64,000 bases of DNA from Dehalococcoidia bacterium (GTDB lineage: Bacteria > Chloroflexota > Dehalococcoidia > Plut-88900), in contig CBDBLV010000005.1 in assembly GCA_965207225.1 (NCBI GenBank), forward strand, positions 640,001 to 704,000, in the 5' to 3' direction. The notes beneath the pieces were generated by a model, which made no database searches, was not told where the DNA came from, and saw only the letters and a list, made by a program, of their open reading frames with translations. This document shows, in pieces, positions 1 through 11,933 of the stretch. Positions within the stretch are counted from its first letter, which is position 1; every line of letters begins with the position of its first letter. The translations under genes were made by a program, and so were the position numbers.

Positions 1-1214
1 GCATCTAAATTAGTTTAGGCAGAGTATAAAATTGGGGTCAGTCTCAGTGAGGAGATTGGCCGATGGACAATAGTAGCCCTGCTTCGCTTACGGAGCATTT
101 TAGCAGCCTCGATGACCCGCGTATAGACCGAACCAAACGCCACGAGTTGATCGACATTCTTACTATTGCGCTCTGCGGCGCCATAGCGGGAGCGGACAGT
201 TGGGTAGACGTGGAAGCGTTCGGCAGGCGCAAGGAAGGATGGTTGCGCAGTATGCTGGAACTGCCCAACGGCATTCCCTCGCACGACACCTTCGGCAGGG
301 TGTTCGCCAAGCTGGACGCTGAGCAGTTCGAGCGCTGTTTCACCGAGTGGGTGCTGGCAGTCAGTGAGGTTCTGCAAGGTGATGTGGTGGCCATAGACGG
401 CAAGGCGGTGCGACGCTCGCACGATCGATACGTAGGGAAGGGCGCTATCCACATGGTCAGTGCTTGGGCCTGTGCGAGCGGCGTGACGCTCGGGCAGACC
501 AGTGTGGACCGACGCTCCAACGAGATCACGGCGATACCCCGGTTGCTTGAGATGCTCGCGGTCGAGGGATGCATCGTGACGATAGATGCCATGGGCTGCC
601 AGAGGGAGATTGCATCGAAGATACTGGAGGAGGAAGCCGACTACGTGCTGGCGGTCAAGAGAAACCAGGTACTCCTGCACGAGGGAGTGGTCGATGTCTT
701 CGACCTCATCCGCAACTCCTGCTTCGACGACATAGACCACGACTACCACGAGACGGTGGATGCTGGTCATGGACGAGTCGAGACGCGCCGCTGCTGGACG
801 GTGTCTGACCTCGGCAACGTCAGATACGTCGATGAGTACAGGCGATGGCCGGGGCTGACTACGCTGGCGATGGTGGAAGGTGAGCGACGCATAGGAGACA
901 AGACGACGATGGAGTCGCGCTACTACATATCGAGCCTGCCCAACGATGCGAGTGCCTTACTCAGCGCGGTGCGCAGTCACTGGAGTATAGAAAACCAGTT
1001 GCACTGGTCGCTGGACGTGACGTTCAATGAGGACGGGAGCCGGGTGCGTAGCGGGAACGGGGCCGAGAACTTCTCCGTGCTGCGCCGCATGGCTCTGAAT
1101 CTGCTCAAGGCCGAAAAGTCCACAAAGCGCAGCCTCGCAGGTAAGCGAAAAGACGCCGCCTGGGACAATGACTACCTACTCAAGGTCCTTGCTCAATAAG
1201 ATGCGATTGCCCTG
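1..1214 (+). mobile_element. ISAs1-family insertion sequence, left end truncated by window edge
   Basis: Transposase 63-1199. Right end TAAGATGCGATTGCCCTG (1197-1214) has reverse complement CAGGGCAATCGCATCTTA, and the window starts GCATCTAA, matching the inner part of that IR. Confidence 0.9.
63..1199 (+). CDS. ISAs1-family DDE transposase
   Basis: Motifs DPR..KRHEL, GIPSHDTF, AIDGK, TIDAMGCQ, HGRVETR, HWSIENQLHWSLDVTFNED. Confidence 0.97.
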   Translation: MDNSSPASLTEHFSSLDDPRIDRTKRHELIDILTIALCGAIAGADSWVDVEAFGRRKEGWLRSMLELPNGIPSHDTFGRVFAKLDAEQFERCFTEWVLAVSEVLQGDVVAIDGKAVRRSHDRYVGKGAIHMVSAWACASGVTLGQTSVDRRSNEITAIPRLLEMLAVEGCIVTIDAMGCQREIASKILEEEADYVLAVKRNQVLLHEGVVDVFDLIRNSCFDDIDHDYHETVDAGHGRVETRRCWTVSDLGNVRYVDEYRRWPGLTTLAMVEGERRIGDKTTMESRYYISSLPNDASALLSAVRSHWSIENQLHWSLDVTFNEDGSRVRSGNGAENFSVLRRMALNLLKAEKSTKRSLAGKRKDAAWDNDYLLKVLAQ

Positions 1215-1270
1215 CGGTTCGTACTCCTGCCTTAAGCAACGCTCTCCATTTGTGATACACTAATCTTTCC

Positions 1271-1299
1271 TTGACATTGCACTCGTAAAGTGATAGATT
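1271..1299 (+). promoter_or_regulatory. sigma70-type promoter of the ilv-leu leader
   Basis: TTGACA-17 bp-TAGATT just upstream of the T-box. Confidence 0.75.
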
Positions 1300-1322
1300 T
1301 CACTGACTTGTCAATAGTGCAA

Positions 1323-1563
1323 AAGCTGTGAAGAGGAGTAGTAGGAGTTCCTGGAAGTCTGCAGAGAGCCGGGGTTAGGTGAAAGCCCGGCGGCTATAGG
1401 ACCCCGAACTCGCCTCAGAGCTGCCTGATTGAAAGCCCCGACCGGGCAACTAGATCCGACCGGATGACTACCGTTAAAAGTCCTGAGGCCTCTCCGTATC
1501 GTGGGAGGCGAAGAAGGGTGGTACCGCGGACTCTCCGCCCCTTTTGGGGTGGGGATTTTTTTT
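1323..1563 (+). ncRNA. T-box riboswitch, Leu (CUC) specifier, with intrinsic terminator
   Basis: Stem I AGAGA and GGTGAAA motifs; GAA-CTC specifier at 1406-1411; T-box AAGGGTGGTACCGCG at 1514-1528; terminator hairpin 1532-1555 followed by T8. Confidence 0.93.
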
Positions 1564-1636
1564 ACCCGAATCATAATCTTGGAAATAAGCGAGTTCACCG
1601 GGGCCCCTCACCCGGCCCCCGAGTTGGTGGTCTGCA

Positions 1637-3331
1637 ATGAAACTTAACGGTTCACAAATAGTCTTGGAATGCCTGAAGGCCGAGGGGGTGGATGTCATGT
1701 TCGGCCTTCCGGGAGGGGCCGTCCTGCCCTTCTATCAAACCCTCCCCGAATACCCCGAAATCCGGCACATCCTCGTCCGCCATGAGCAGGGCGCCGCCAT
1801 GGCCGCCGACGGCTACGCCCGCTCTACCGGCAGGGTCGGCGTCTGCGTTGCCACCTCGGGGCCCGGGGCAACTAATCTGGTCACCGGCATCATGACCGCG
1901 CAGATGGACTCCGCTCCCGTGGTCGCTATCACCGGCCAGGTACCGAGGGCCATGATAGGCAAGGATGCCTTCCAGGAGTCCGACGTTACCGGCATCACCC
2001 TCCCCATTACCAAGCACAACTACCTGGTCATGGACACCAACGACCTGCCCATGGTTATCAAGAAGGCCTTCCATCTCGCCCGCACCGGCCGCCCGGGGCC
2101 CGTGCTTGTGGACATCCCCAAGGACGTCCAGACCGAAGAGATTGAGTTCCACGGCTACCCCGAAGTCGCCGAGATGCCAACCTACAACCCGACTCCGGAC
2201 GTCAATGCCGCAGACGTCAAGCGCGCCGCCCAAATGATTAACGCCGCCGAAAGGCCCATAATCATCTCCGGTCGTGGCGTGAACATCTCCGGCGCTCACG
2301 CCCAGCTCCTGGAACTCGCCGAAAAAGCCCAGATCCCCGTCATTACCACCCTGCTTGGCCTCGGCTCCATCCCCGGCAGCCACATCCTCAACGTTGGAAT
2401 GCCCGGCATGCATGGCGTCGCCTGGGCCAGCATGGCTATCGACGAAGCAGACCTCCTTATCGGTATTGGCATGAGGTTCGACGACCGCGTAACTGGTAAC
2501 GTCAACCTCTTTGCCCCCAGGGCAAAGAAGATTCATATCGACATAGATGAGTCCGAGGTCGCCAAAAACGTTATAGTTGACCTAGCACTTGTCTCCGACG
2601 TTAAGAACGTTCTCGATGAATTGAACCCGCTCGTGGAACGCAAGGTCCACGCCGATTGGGTCGGCCAGATCGATGAATGGCGTTGTACTCACCCCTCCCT
2701 CTCTATACGGGAGACCGATCAGCTCCTCCCCCAGTACATTCTGTCTCAGCTCAACAAGGAGTCCAACGGTGAGTCCATCATCGTCACCGGTGTTGGCCAG
2801 CACCAGATGTGGGCCGCTCAGCATTTCATCTCCGACAAGCCCGGCCGATTCATAACCTCTGGAGGCGCTGGCACCATGGGCTACGAGGTCCCGGCCGCCA
2901 TGGGCGCCCAGGTCGGCAACCCGGGAAAGGTGGTCTGGTCCATCTGCGGCGACGGCGGCTTCCAGATGACAATGTCGGAAGTCCTCACCATGGTCCAGAA
3001 CAACATACCCGTCAAGCTGGCCGTCATGAACAACGGCTTCCACGGCATGGTGCGCCAGTGGCAGGAGCTCTTCTACAACAAGAGCTACGTTGCCACCGAG
3101 TTCCACACCCCCGACTTCGTTAAACTCGCAGACGCCTTCGGCTGTATGGGCATCAGGGTCACCGAAAAGGAACAGGTCGTCCCCGCCATCCACAAAGCAA
3201 ACTCCCACGACGGCCCCGTCATAGTCGATTTCGTCGTTCCCGTAGAGGAAAACGTATACCCATTTATCCCGCCAGGCGGCTCCGTCGGCTCTATGGTCGA
3301 AGACCCCAACTTCAGTACGGCCATGGGATAG
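1637..3331 (+). CDS. ilvB: acetolactate synthase large subunit
   Basis: FGLPGGAVLP, RHEQGA, TSGPGATN, GQHQMWAAQ, GDGGFQM. Confidence 0.97.
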   Translation: MKLNGSQIVLECLKAEGVDVMFGLPGGAVLPFYQTLPEYPEIRHILVRHEQGAAMAADGYARSTGRVGVCVATSGPGATNLVTGIMTAQMDSAPVVAITGQVPRAMIGKDAFQESDVTGITLPITKHNYLVMDTNDLPMVIKKAFHLARTGRPGPVLVDIPKDVQTEEIEFHGYPEVAEMPTYNPTPDVNAADVKRAAQMINAAERPIIISGRGVNISGAHAQLLELAEKAQIPVITTLLGLGSIPGSHILNVGMPGMHGVAWASMAIDEADLLIGIGMRFDDRVTGNVNLFAPRAKKIHIDIDESEVAKNVIVDLALVSDVKNVLDELNPLVERKVHADWVGQIDEWRCTHPSLSIRETDQLLPQYILSQLNKESNGESIIVTGVGQHQMWAAQHFISDKPGRFITSGGAGTMGYEVPAAMGAQVGNPGKVVWSICGDGGFQMTMSEVLTMVQNNIPVKLAVMNNGFHGMVRQWQELFYNKSYVATEFHTPDFVKLADAFGCMGIRVTEKEQVVPAIHKANSHDGPVIVDFVVPVEENVYPFIPPGGSVGSMVEDPNFSTAMG

Positions 3332-3343
3332 AGATCGCTTGCT

Positions 3344-3889
3344 ATGGCACTGCCCAGACACATATTAGTCGCCCTCGTGGAGGACAAGCCCGGAGTTCTC
3401 AACCGGGTCTCGGGTTTGTTCCGACGCCGCGGTTTCAACATCGCCAGCCTCGCCGTGGGGCACAGCGAAACGCCCAAACTCTCCCGCATGACCCTCGTCG
3501 TCGAAGGTGGAGAAGGCGTCCGAGTCCAGGCCGCCCGACAGCTCCGCAAGCTCGTCGGCGTCATGGAGGTCAAAGACATCACCGGCTCCCACACCGTGGC
3601 CCGGGAACTGGCCCTCATCAAGCTCCGCGCCCTCGCCAAAGACCGTAACGATATCATCAACGTCATCGGTATTTTCCGCGCCGACATCATAGACGTGGAT
3701 GTCGATACTATGATTATTCAAGCTACGGGTGACGCCGAGAAAATAGAGGCGCTGCACTCCATGCTCCTTCCCTTTGGCGTGCTGGAAATGATGCGCACCG
3801 GTGAGGTCGCCATGGTACGCGGGGCCGCAGGCCGACGGGGGGACGGCGTCGTTCAGCCCATCGTCTACGAAGATATAGGAGGAGTTTAA
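3344..3889 (+). CDS. ilvN: acetolactate synthase small subunit
   Basis: ACT domain [25 protein letters not shown]; follows ilvB. Confidence 0.96.
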   Translation: MALPRHILVALVEDKPGVLNRVSGLFRRRGFNIASLAVGHSETPKLSRMTLVVEGGEGVRVQAARQLRKLVGVMEVKDITGSHTVARELALIKLRALAKDRNDIINVIGIFRADIIDVDVDTMIIQATGDAEKIEALHSMLLPFGVLEMMRTGEVAMVRGAAGRRGDGVVQPIVYEDIGGV

Positions 3890-3893
3890 CGTC

Positions 3894-4901
3894 ATGGCCA
3901 TTAACGCTAAGGTCTACTACGACAATGACGCCGATATCTCAATGCTCGATGGCAAGACCATCGGTGTGATCGGCTACGGCAGCCAGGGTCATGCCCACTC
4001 CTTAAACCTGAAGGACAGCGGCTGCGAAGTAATGGTCGGCCTCTACCAAGGCAGCAAGAGCTGGGAGAAGGCCGAACAGGCTGGCCTCCGGGTCGCCGAG
4101 GTCGCCGATGTTGCCAAAGAAGCCGACATAATGATGATGACTATCCCCGACGAACGTCAGGGTGGCGTCTTCGCCGACCACATCGCCCCGAACCTGAAAT
4201 CTGGCCAGACCCTCATGTTCGCCCACGGCTTCAACATCCACTACAAGGAGGTCGTTCCGCCGACCTACGTGGACGTAAGCATGATCGCCCCTAAGGCCCC
4301 AGGCCACCGACTCAGAGAGCTCTTCACCGAGGGCGTCGGAGTACCCGCCCTGGTGGCCATCCATCAGGACGCCAGTGGAAGTGCCAGGGATGTGGCTCTG
4401 GCTTACGGCAAGGGCCTCGGGTCCACCAGGGCCGGCGTCCTGGAGACCACCTTCAAGGAAGAGACCGAGACAGATCTTTTCGGCGAGCAGAGCGTCCTCT
4501 GCGGCGGCGTCACCTCCCTCATCAAGGCAGGTTTCGAGACCCTCGTAGAAGCCGGCTACCAGCCCGAGGTCGCCTACTTCGAATGTCTCCACGAAGTCAA
4601 GCTCATCGTAGACCTAATCTACCAGGGCGGACTGGAGTACATGCGCTACTCCGTAAGTGACACCGCCGAATATGGTGACTACTCACGTGGCAGCCGTATT
4701 ATCGACGATAACGTACGCTCATCTATGAAGAAGGTCTTGGCCGAAATCCAGGACGGTACCTTCGCCCGGGAGTGGATCGCCGAAAACCGCGAAGGCCGCA
4801 CAAACTTCGACGCCATGAGGAAGAGAGACAAGTCCCACACAGTGGAAGTGGTCGGCAGGGACCTGCGGGAGATGATGTCCTTCCTTAACAGGCCGACCTA
4901 A
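3894..4901 (+). CDS. ilvC: ketol-acid reductoisomerase
   Basis: [27 protein letters not shown]. Confidence 0.98.
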   Translation: MAINAKVYYDNDADISMLDGKTIGVIGYGSQGHAHSLNLKDSGCEVMVGLYQGSKSWEKAEQAGLRVAEVADVAKEADIMMMTIPDERQGGVFADHIAPNLKSGQTLMFAHGFNIHYKEVVPPTYVDVSMIAPKAPGHRLRELFTEGVGVPALVAIHQDASGSARDVALAYGKGLGSTRAGVLETTFKEETETDLFGEQSVLCGGVTSLIKAGFETLVEAGYQPEVAYFECLHEVKLIVDLIYQGGLEYMRYSVSDTAEYGDYSRGSRIIDDNVRSSMKKVLAEIQDGTFAREWIAENREGRTNFDAMRKRDKSHTVEVVGRDLREMMSFLNRPT

Positions 4902-4955
4902 GGTCGGCGCTGAGGGGTCCGTCATCCTGCAGTACGGTTATCTGGGAGGTTCACA

Positions 4956-6494
<1,539 letters not shown>

Positions 6495-6596
6495 ACTGGC
6501 TGGCTCCGGGATCGGCAATGGCAGACGGGGTCTGGATGCACAGAGTGCGTACAGGCCCCCGCGCTGCTGACTTCTGGACGACTCCAGGCAATAGAT

Positions 6597-7694
6597 ATGA
6601 CTAAATCAAACATAGCAGTCCTTCCAGGTGACGGCATCGGCCCCGAGGTCATGGAGCAGGGCTTACGCGTCCTCCGTGCCGCCGAGTCCCGCTTCGGCCA
6701 CGACTTCAATCTGCAGGACGGCATTGTCGGCGGCTGTGCCATAGACGAATTCGGCACCGCCCTCCCCGACGACACTCTCAAAACCTGTAAGAAGAGCGAT
6801 GCCGTTCTCTTCGGCGCCGTCGGCGGCCCCAAGTGGGACGACCCCAAGGCTTCCGTCCGACCCGAACAGGGGCTCCTTGCCCTGCGTAAGAAGCTCAACC
6901 TCTTTGCGAACATCCGGCCCGTGAAGGTCTATCCCCAGCTCCGGGACGCCACGCCCCTTAAACCCGAGAACCTGGACGGCGTCGATATGATCGTCATCCG
7001 TGAGCTCACTGGTGGCCTCTACTTCGGCAAGCCCAAGCGCCAGTGGACCACCTCCCGTGGCCGCAGGGCCGTCGACTCCATGGCTTACTCCGAAGACGAG
7101 ATCCGCCGCATAGTCCGCGTTGGCTTCGAAGTCGCACGCGGCCGGTCCCGTAAGAAGCTCACCTCTGTCGACAAGGCCAACGTCCTGGAGTCTTCCCGCC
7201 TCTGGCGTCAAATAGTCCTCGAAATGGCCCCCTCCTACCCCGACGTTGAACTCGACCACCTCCTCGTCGACACCTGCGCCATGCACCTCGTCCGCCAGCC
7301 AGCCCGCTTCGATGTCATAGTCACCGAAAACACCTTCGGAGACATCCTCACCGACGAGACCGCCGTCCTTTCCGGCTCCATGGGCATGTTGCCTTCTGCC
7401 AGCCTGAATATGGAAGATGGTGAGAGAGGCGCTGTCGGAGTCTACGAGCCCTGCCATGGCTCCGCCCCCGACATCGTCGGTCAGAACAAGGCCAACCCGT
7501 GTGGCATGATTCTCAGCGTGGCCATGATGCTCCGGCATTCCCTCGGCCTCGAAGAGGAGGCCCTTACCATTGAGTCCGCTGTGGAGCAGGTCCTCGCCGA
7601 GGGCTACCGCACCCCCGACATCGCCGAGGATGGCACGGAAAGCACCGGCACCGTAGAGATGGGCGCCCTTATCGCCAGCAAAGTGGCGGCATAG
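6597..7694 (+). CDS. leuB: 3-isopropylmalate dehydrogenase
   Basis: LPGDGIGPEV, RELTGGLYFG, VDKANVL, HGSAPDI. Confidence 0.97.
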   Translation: MTKSNIAVLPGDGIGPEVMEQGLRVLRAAESRFGHDFNLQDGIVGGCAIDEFGTALPDDTLKTCKKSDAVLFGAVGGPKWDDPKASVRPEQGLLALRKKLNLFANIRPVKVYPQLRDATPLKPENLDGVDMIVIRELTGGLYFGKPKRQWTTSRGRRAVDSMAYSEDEIRRIVRVGFEVARGRSRKKLTSVDKANVLESSRLWRQIVLEMAPSYPDVELDHLLVDTCAMHLVRQPARFDVIVTENTFGDILTDETAVLSGSMGMLPSASLNMEDGERGAVGVYEPCHGSAPDIVGQNKANPCGMILSVAMMLRHSLGLEEEALTIESAVEQVLAEGYRTPDIAEDGTESTGTVEMGALIASKVAA

Positions 7695-7707
7695 AAACGA
7701 CACCCCG

Positions 7708-9312
7708 ATGACTACTACCACAAAACGGCTGACTCTCTACGACACTACTCTTCGTGACGGCACCCAGATGGAGGGAATCTCCCTCTCCGTCGAGGACAAG
7801 CTCAAGATTACGCGCATGTTGGACAAGCTCGGCGTCGACTTCGTAGAGGGCGGCTGGCCCGGCTCCAACCCCAAGGATGCCGAGTTCTTCGAACGCGCCC
7901 GTGACCTTGAACTTGAAAACTCCACCGTCGTAGCCTTCGGCGCCACCCGACGCGCCAATGTAAGCGTCGACCAAGACCCCCAGATTGAGGCTCTGCTGCA
8001 GGCCGAGACCAAGGTGATAACCCTTGTCGGCAAGAGTTCGGCCCTCCACGTCCGTTCCATCCTCGAGACCACCCCCGAGGAAAATCTCGACATGATCGCC
8101 GACTCCGTCCGCTACCTTAGAGACAAGGGCCGGCGCGTCATATTCGATGCCGAACACTTCTTCGACGGCTACCGGGAAGACCCCGACTACGCCATCAAGA
8201 CCGTCCAGGCCGCCCACGATGCCGGCGCCGAGTACGTCGTCCTTTGTGATACCAATGGTGGCCGCCTCCCCTCGGAAATTTCCGAAATCATCAGCCAGGT
8301 TCAGAAGGCAACTGACGCTAGTCTGGGCATCCACGCCCACAATGACGCCGACATGGCCGTTGCCAACAGCATCGCCGCCGTCAACGAGGGCGTCGCGCAG
8401 GTCCAGGGGACCATCAACGGCTACGGAGAACGCTGCGGCAACGCTAACCTCGTCTCCATCATCGGCAACCTCAAGATCAAGATGGGTATCGACTGCATTT
8501 CAGACAACCAGCTGTCTCATCTCACTGAGGTCTCTAGATACGCGAGCGAACTCGTGAACCTCCCTCCCGACGAACACCAGCCCTACGTCGGCATGAGCGC
8601 TTTCAGCCACAAGGGGGGTATGCATGTAGCAGCCGTGAACAAGCTTGAAGAAAGCTACCAGCACGTCCCGCCCGAGCTCGTGGGCAACACCAAGCGAGTC
8701 GTTGTGTCGGAGCTATCCGGCCGGGGCAACATCGCTTACAAGGTCAGGGAGCTGGGTATCGACGTTGACCTGGGCCCCGACGGCACAAAAGAAGTCCTGG
8801 GCCGTATCAAGGACCTCGAGAGCAAGGGCTTCCAGTACGAAGGCGCCGAGGCCTCATTTGAGCTCCTGGTCAGACGGGCTCACAGCGGCTATAAGCCCCC
8901 CTTCGAGCTGGTCGACTTCATGGTCCTCGTGGAAAACAGCCGCCGGTCCCCCAGCATGACCAGCGATGCCGAGCCCTACCTTCTCGCCGAGGCAATGGTC
9001 AAAGTCAAAGTCGGTGAGGAAACAATCCACACCGCCGCCGAGGGCAACGGCCCCGTCAACGCTCTTGACCTCGCCCTCAGGAAGGCCCTCCAGCAGTTCT
9101 ACCCCCGGCTCTCCGTCGTCCAACTCTCGGACTACAAGGTTCGCATCGTAGATGAAAGCTCGGGAAGTTCAAGCTACATCCGCGTGCTGATCGAGTCCAC
9201 AGACGGCGCCCGGGTCTGGAGGACGGTCGGAAGCTCCACTAACGTGATAGAAGCTAGCTGGCTCGCCATGGCAGATAGCCTGGAATTCTGGCTAATCAAA
9301 AACCAGGACTAG
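7708..9312 (+). CDS. cimA: citramalate synthase
   Basis: YDTTLRDGTQ, GGWPGSNPKD, DAEHFFDG, HKGGMH. Confidence 0.92.
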   Translation: MTTTTKRLTLYDTTLRDGTQMEGISLSVEDKLKITRMLDKLGVDFVEGGWPGSNPKDAEFFERARDLELENSTVVAFGATRRANVSVDQDPQIEALLQAETKVITLVGKSSALHVRSILETTPEENLDMIADSVRYLRDKGRRVIFDAEHFFDGYREDPDYAIKTVQAAHDAGAEYVVLCDTNGGRLPSEISEIISQVQKATDASLGIHAHNDADMAVANSIAAVNEGVAQVQGTINGYGERCGNANLVSIIGNLKIKMGIDCISDNQLSHLTEVSRYASELVNLPPDEHQPYVGMSAFSHKGGMHVAAVNKLEESYQHVPPELVGNTKRVVVSELSGRGNIAYKVRELGIDVDLGPDGTKEVLGRIKDLESKGFQYEGAEASFELLVRRAHSGYKPPFELVDFMVLVENSRRSPSMTSDAEPYLLAEAMVKVKVGEETIHTAAEGNGPVNALDLALRKALQQFYPRLSVVQLSDYKVRIVDESSGSSSYIRVLIESTDGARVWRTVGSSTNVIEASWLAMADSLEFWLIKNQD

Positions 9313-9327
9313 CCATTCCCGGGTGCA

Positions 9328-9367
9328 GGCCGCTCGCCCTGAGCGGAGTCGAGGGGTTGAGCGGGGG
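9328..9367 (+). repeat. REP-like family C (GGCCGCTC..CTGAGC..GTCGAA..GAGCGGG)
   Basis: Related copies at 14501-14540, 32214-32278, 51461-51500 and 61718-61755, all intergenic and in the same orientation. Confidence 0.75.
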
Positions 9368-9408
9368 CGGCACAGTATTGCCGGGTCCTCAAGTGGCCCA
9401 ACCCCACC

Positions 9409-9846
9409 TCACCCCCCTATACCCACATCCTCCTCCCTGATCTCCCCATCCTCAATGTGAAATCCCCTCACCTCTGGCGATTCCGGGTTCCTCAAGGACA
9501 CCAGGAAATAAAGCACCCCCGGCCACAGGCTCTGCTTCTCCCCCGACGCCTCATCCACATAAGTTGCTAGCCTCACATCCGTCGGCGAAGGATACGCTTC
9601 GCTGAAAGTGTGCGAATGGTAGAAACCCAATATCTCCCACCCCTCCCCATCCACCTCTTCGAAAATCCTGAACTGCTCCTGCGGGTCCATCACGTACTTC
9701 ACCGGGCTCGGCTCCGCATTCCGCACCCTGTACACCCGCTTCACCTCCCCACCCGACCCCGCCAGCATCCCGCAGCATTCATTGGGTGCATCAGCCTTCG
9801 CGTGGGCGATCATCTCGTCCGCGTGTTCTTTGCTTAGCCTGAACAT
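9409..9846 (-). CDS. JAMM/MPN+ (M67, Mec-like) metallopeptidase
   Basis: PNECCG and FYHSHTFSEAYPSPTD (E..HSH-x7-S-x2-D). Confidence 0.93.
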   Translation of the reverse strand: MFRLSKEHADEMIAHAKADAPNECCGMLAGSGGEVKRVYRVRNAEPSPVKYVMDPQEQFRIFEEVDGEGWEILGFYHSHTFSEAYPSPTDVRLATYVDEASGEKQSLWPGVLYFLVSLRNPESPEVRGFHIEDGEIREEDVGIGG

Positions 9847-9869
9847 CTACTCAACCCGACTCCTGAGAT

Positions 9870-10919
9870 TTATCCGACAACGTGAATTGTCTCGGGGTGC
9901 TCCGCGACCACCTCCCCAATCACCCTAGCCCCGACCACCCCATGCTCAACAAGCGCCCCCATCAATTTATCAGCCCTCTCTTCTGCCACCGAGATCAGCA
10001 GCCCCCCCGAGGTCTGGGCATCGGCCATCAGCACTTTCATCGCCTCGGGGATATCCCTTTCCCAGACCACCCTATCCTTTAATGAAGCCAGGTTTCGCTG
10101 CGTCCCGCCGGGTGCTATGCCCGCCTCTGCCAGCTCCCGTGCCCCGGGAATTAAGGGCACCTGTCTAAGACTAATTCGGGCCCCCACCCCGCTCCCCTCC
10201 ACCATCTCCCGCAAATGCCCCAGCAGCCCGAAGCCCGTAATGTCCGTGCAGGCATTCACCCCAACCCCGACCATTGCCTCCGACGCACTTTTGTTCAGTT
10301 CCGCCATCAGCTTAACCACCCGACCTTCCGTCTCCGCATCCGACTTCCCAGCCTTCAAAGCCGTCGTGATTATCCCCGTGCCAATCGCCTTGGTCAGCAC
10401 CAGTCTGTCTCCGACCCTCGCCCTGGAGTTCGTTATCTGTTCCCCTGGCCTCACCAGCCCCGTCACAGACACCCCGTACTTGGGCTCCTCATCGTCTATC
10501 GTGTGCCCCCCGCCGATGATCGCCCCGGCCTCGGTCATCTTGTCTGCCCCGCCCTTCAGGATTCTGGCCAGGATCTCCTTCGGCAGACCTATCGGAAAGC
10601 AAACGATGTTTAGCCCGATGAGCGGAGTGGCACCCATCGCGTAGATGTCGCTCAGCGCATTCGCCGCCGCTATCGCCCCGAACCAGTACGGGTCGTCCAC
10701 TATGGGAGGGAAGAAGTCGACGCTCTGCACCAGCGCGACCGAATCGCTCAGCTTGTAGACCGCGCTGTCATCCGCCGTCCCCGATCCCACTAAAAGGTTC
10801 GGGTCATCGACTTTCGGAAGGCTCTTCAGGACCTGCACCAGGTCCTCGGGGCTGAACTTGGAAGCTCAGCCCGCGCAGTGGGCCAATTCAGTTAGGCGCA
10901 ACTCTTTAGCCTTAGCCAT
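9870..10919 (-). CDS. selD: selenide, water dikinase; selenoprotein with Sec at codon 18 (349 aa)
   Basis: Frame extends through TGA (10866-10868) to ATG 10919: MAKAKELRLTELAHCAG-U-ASKFSP. Also DDSAVY, SVDFFPP, ANALSDIYAMG, DITGFGLLGH, DAQTSGGLL. Confidence 0.95.
10828..10846 (-). promoter_or_regulatory. putative bacterial SECIS hairpin of selD
   Basis: AGGACCUG-GUG-CAGGUCCU, a perfect 8-bp stem starting about 20 nt 3' of the UGA. Confidence 0.7.
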
Positions 10920-11032
10920 TTTCTTACTGGGAACCTATACCTCGGACCGCGTTGAGATTATAGTCGACAAACCCCATACACGCGAGTTGAGCACTAAAGT
11001 GGGGATGCTCTGCAGACGGAGGAACGGAGGGG

Positions 11033-11389
11033 CTAATACAGAATAGCGTGGGTCGGGACCAGCTTTTGTGCGACCGGGTCCACCGCCAAAAGAAGTATTT
11101 CCAGCGTCACAGCCCCAAGCAAAGGCGCCGTATCCTCCGCCCCGAAAATCACAGGGCTTATAGCGCTGGAACCATTTATGGTCACGCGCACTTCCCCGAC
11201 ATCCATCTCTTCTCGATGACCATCGGCCATTTCAAACGTGGCTTTTCGACTTGGCGAAACACCTAGCTCTTTGAGCAGGTTAATGGGCAACATCGAATAG
11301 GTAGCCGCAGTATCTACCGTGGCCTCAATATCTCGCGACAGGTTGTCGTCCAACGAGGAAATACGCAAAGGACAATTGAATACATCCAT
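11033..11389 (-). CDS. clan AA (retropepsin-like) aspartic protease
   Basis: VDTAATYS and PLLGAVTLE motifs. Confidence 0.85.
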   Translation of the reverse strand: MDVFNCPLRISSLDDNLSRDIEATVDTAATYSMLPINLLKELGVSPSRKATFEMADGHREEMDVGEVRVTINGSSAISPVIFGAEDTAPLLGAVTLEILLLAVDPVAQKLVPTHAILY

Positions 11390-11432
11390 GCTAAGAGTTT
11401 AGCACATTCAGTTCACGAAATGTAGGCAGGAT

Positions 11433-11927
11433 TTAGCTCCCTACTGGCCCGCCGCCCTCGCCCGTGAACTTCCACGCATTCTCCCCCACCCCCGTCACCC
11501 GCCAACGCGGCATCACGTACTCCGAATCCTCCGACTTCTCGAACACCACCTCCACCGGGTTCCCGATCGCCACCGCTTCCTCATCGTCCGTCAGCACCCC
11601 CACAATCCTCGTTATCGAACCATCCTCGTTGGTGCAGTCCGGCAGGTCTATGACTGCCGTGATGTACGGCACTGCGGGAACGAATGGCGCCAGGATCGGC
11701 TGCACGACCACGTTATAGCTGTAAATCACGCCCTTGCCCTCAGTCTCATACCACCCGAGACTCATGGATGTGCAACCCGGGCACGCGGGAAACGGTGGAA
11801 AGAACTTCCGGCTGCAGTCGCTGCACTGACGTACCAGCAGCCGGTCTTCCTTCGTCGCGTCCCACCACTCCTTCGTGTCCGGGTCGGGCTTGACGTTGAT
11901 CAGGGAATAGTCGATTGGTCCGGGCAT
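11433..11927 (-). CDS. DUF35 Zn-ribbon/OB-fold protein
   Basis: CxxC..CxxC, GVIYSYNVV, VPYITAVIDL; follows a thiolase-fold gene. Confidence 0.92.
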   Translation of the reverse strand: MPGPIDYSLINVKPDPDTKEWWDATKEDRLLVRQCSDCSRKFFPPFPACPGCTSMSLGWYETEGKGVIYSYNVVVQPILAPFVPAVPYITAVIDLPDCTNEDGSITRIVGVLTDDEEAVAIGNPVEVVFEKSEDSEYVMPRWRVTGVGENAWKFTGEGGGPVGS

Positions 11928-11933
11928 TGAAGC

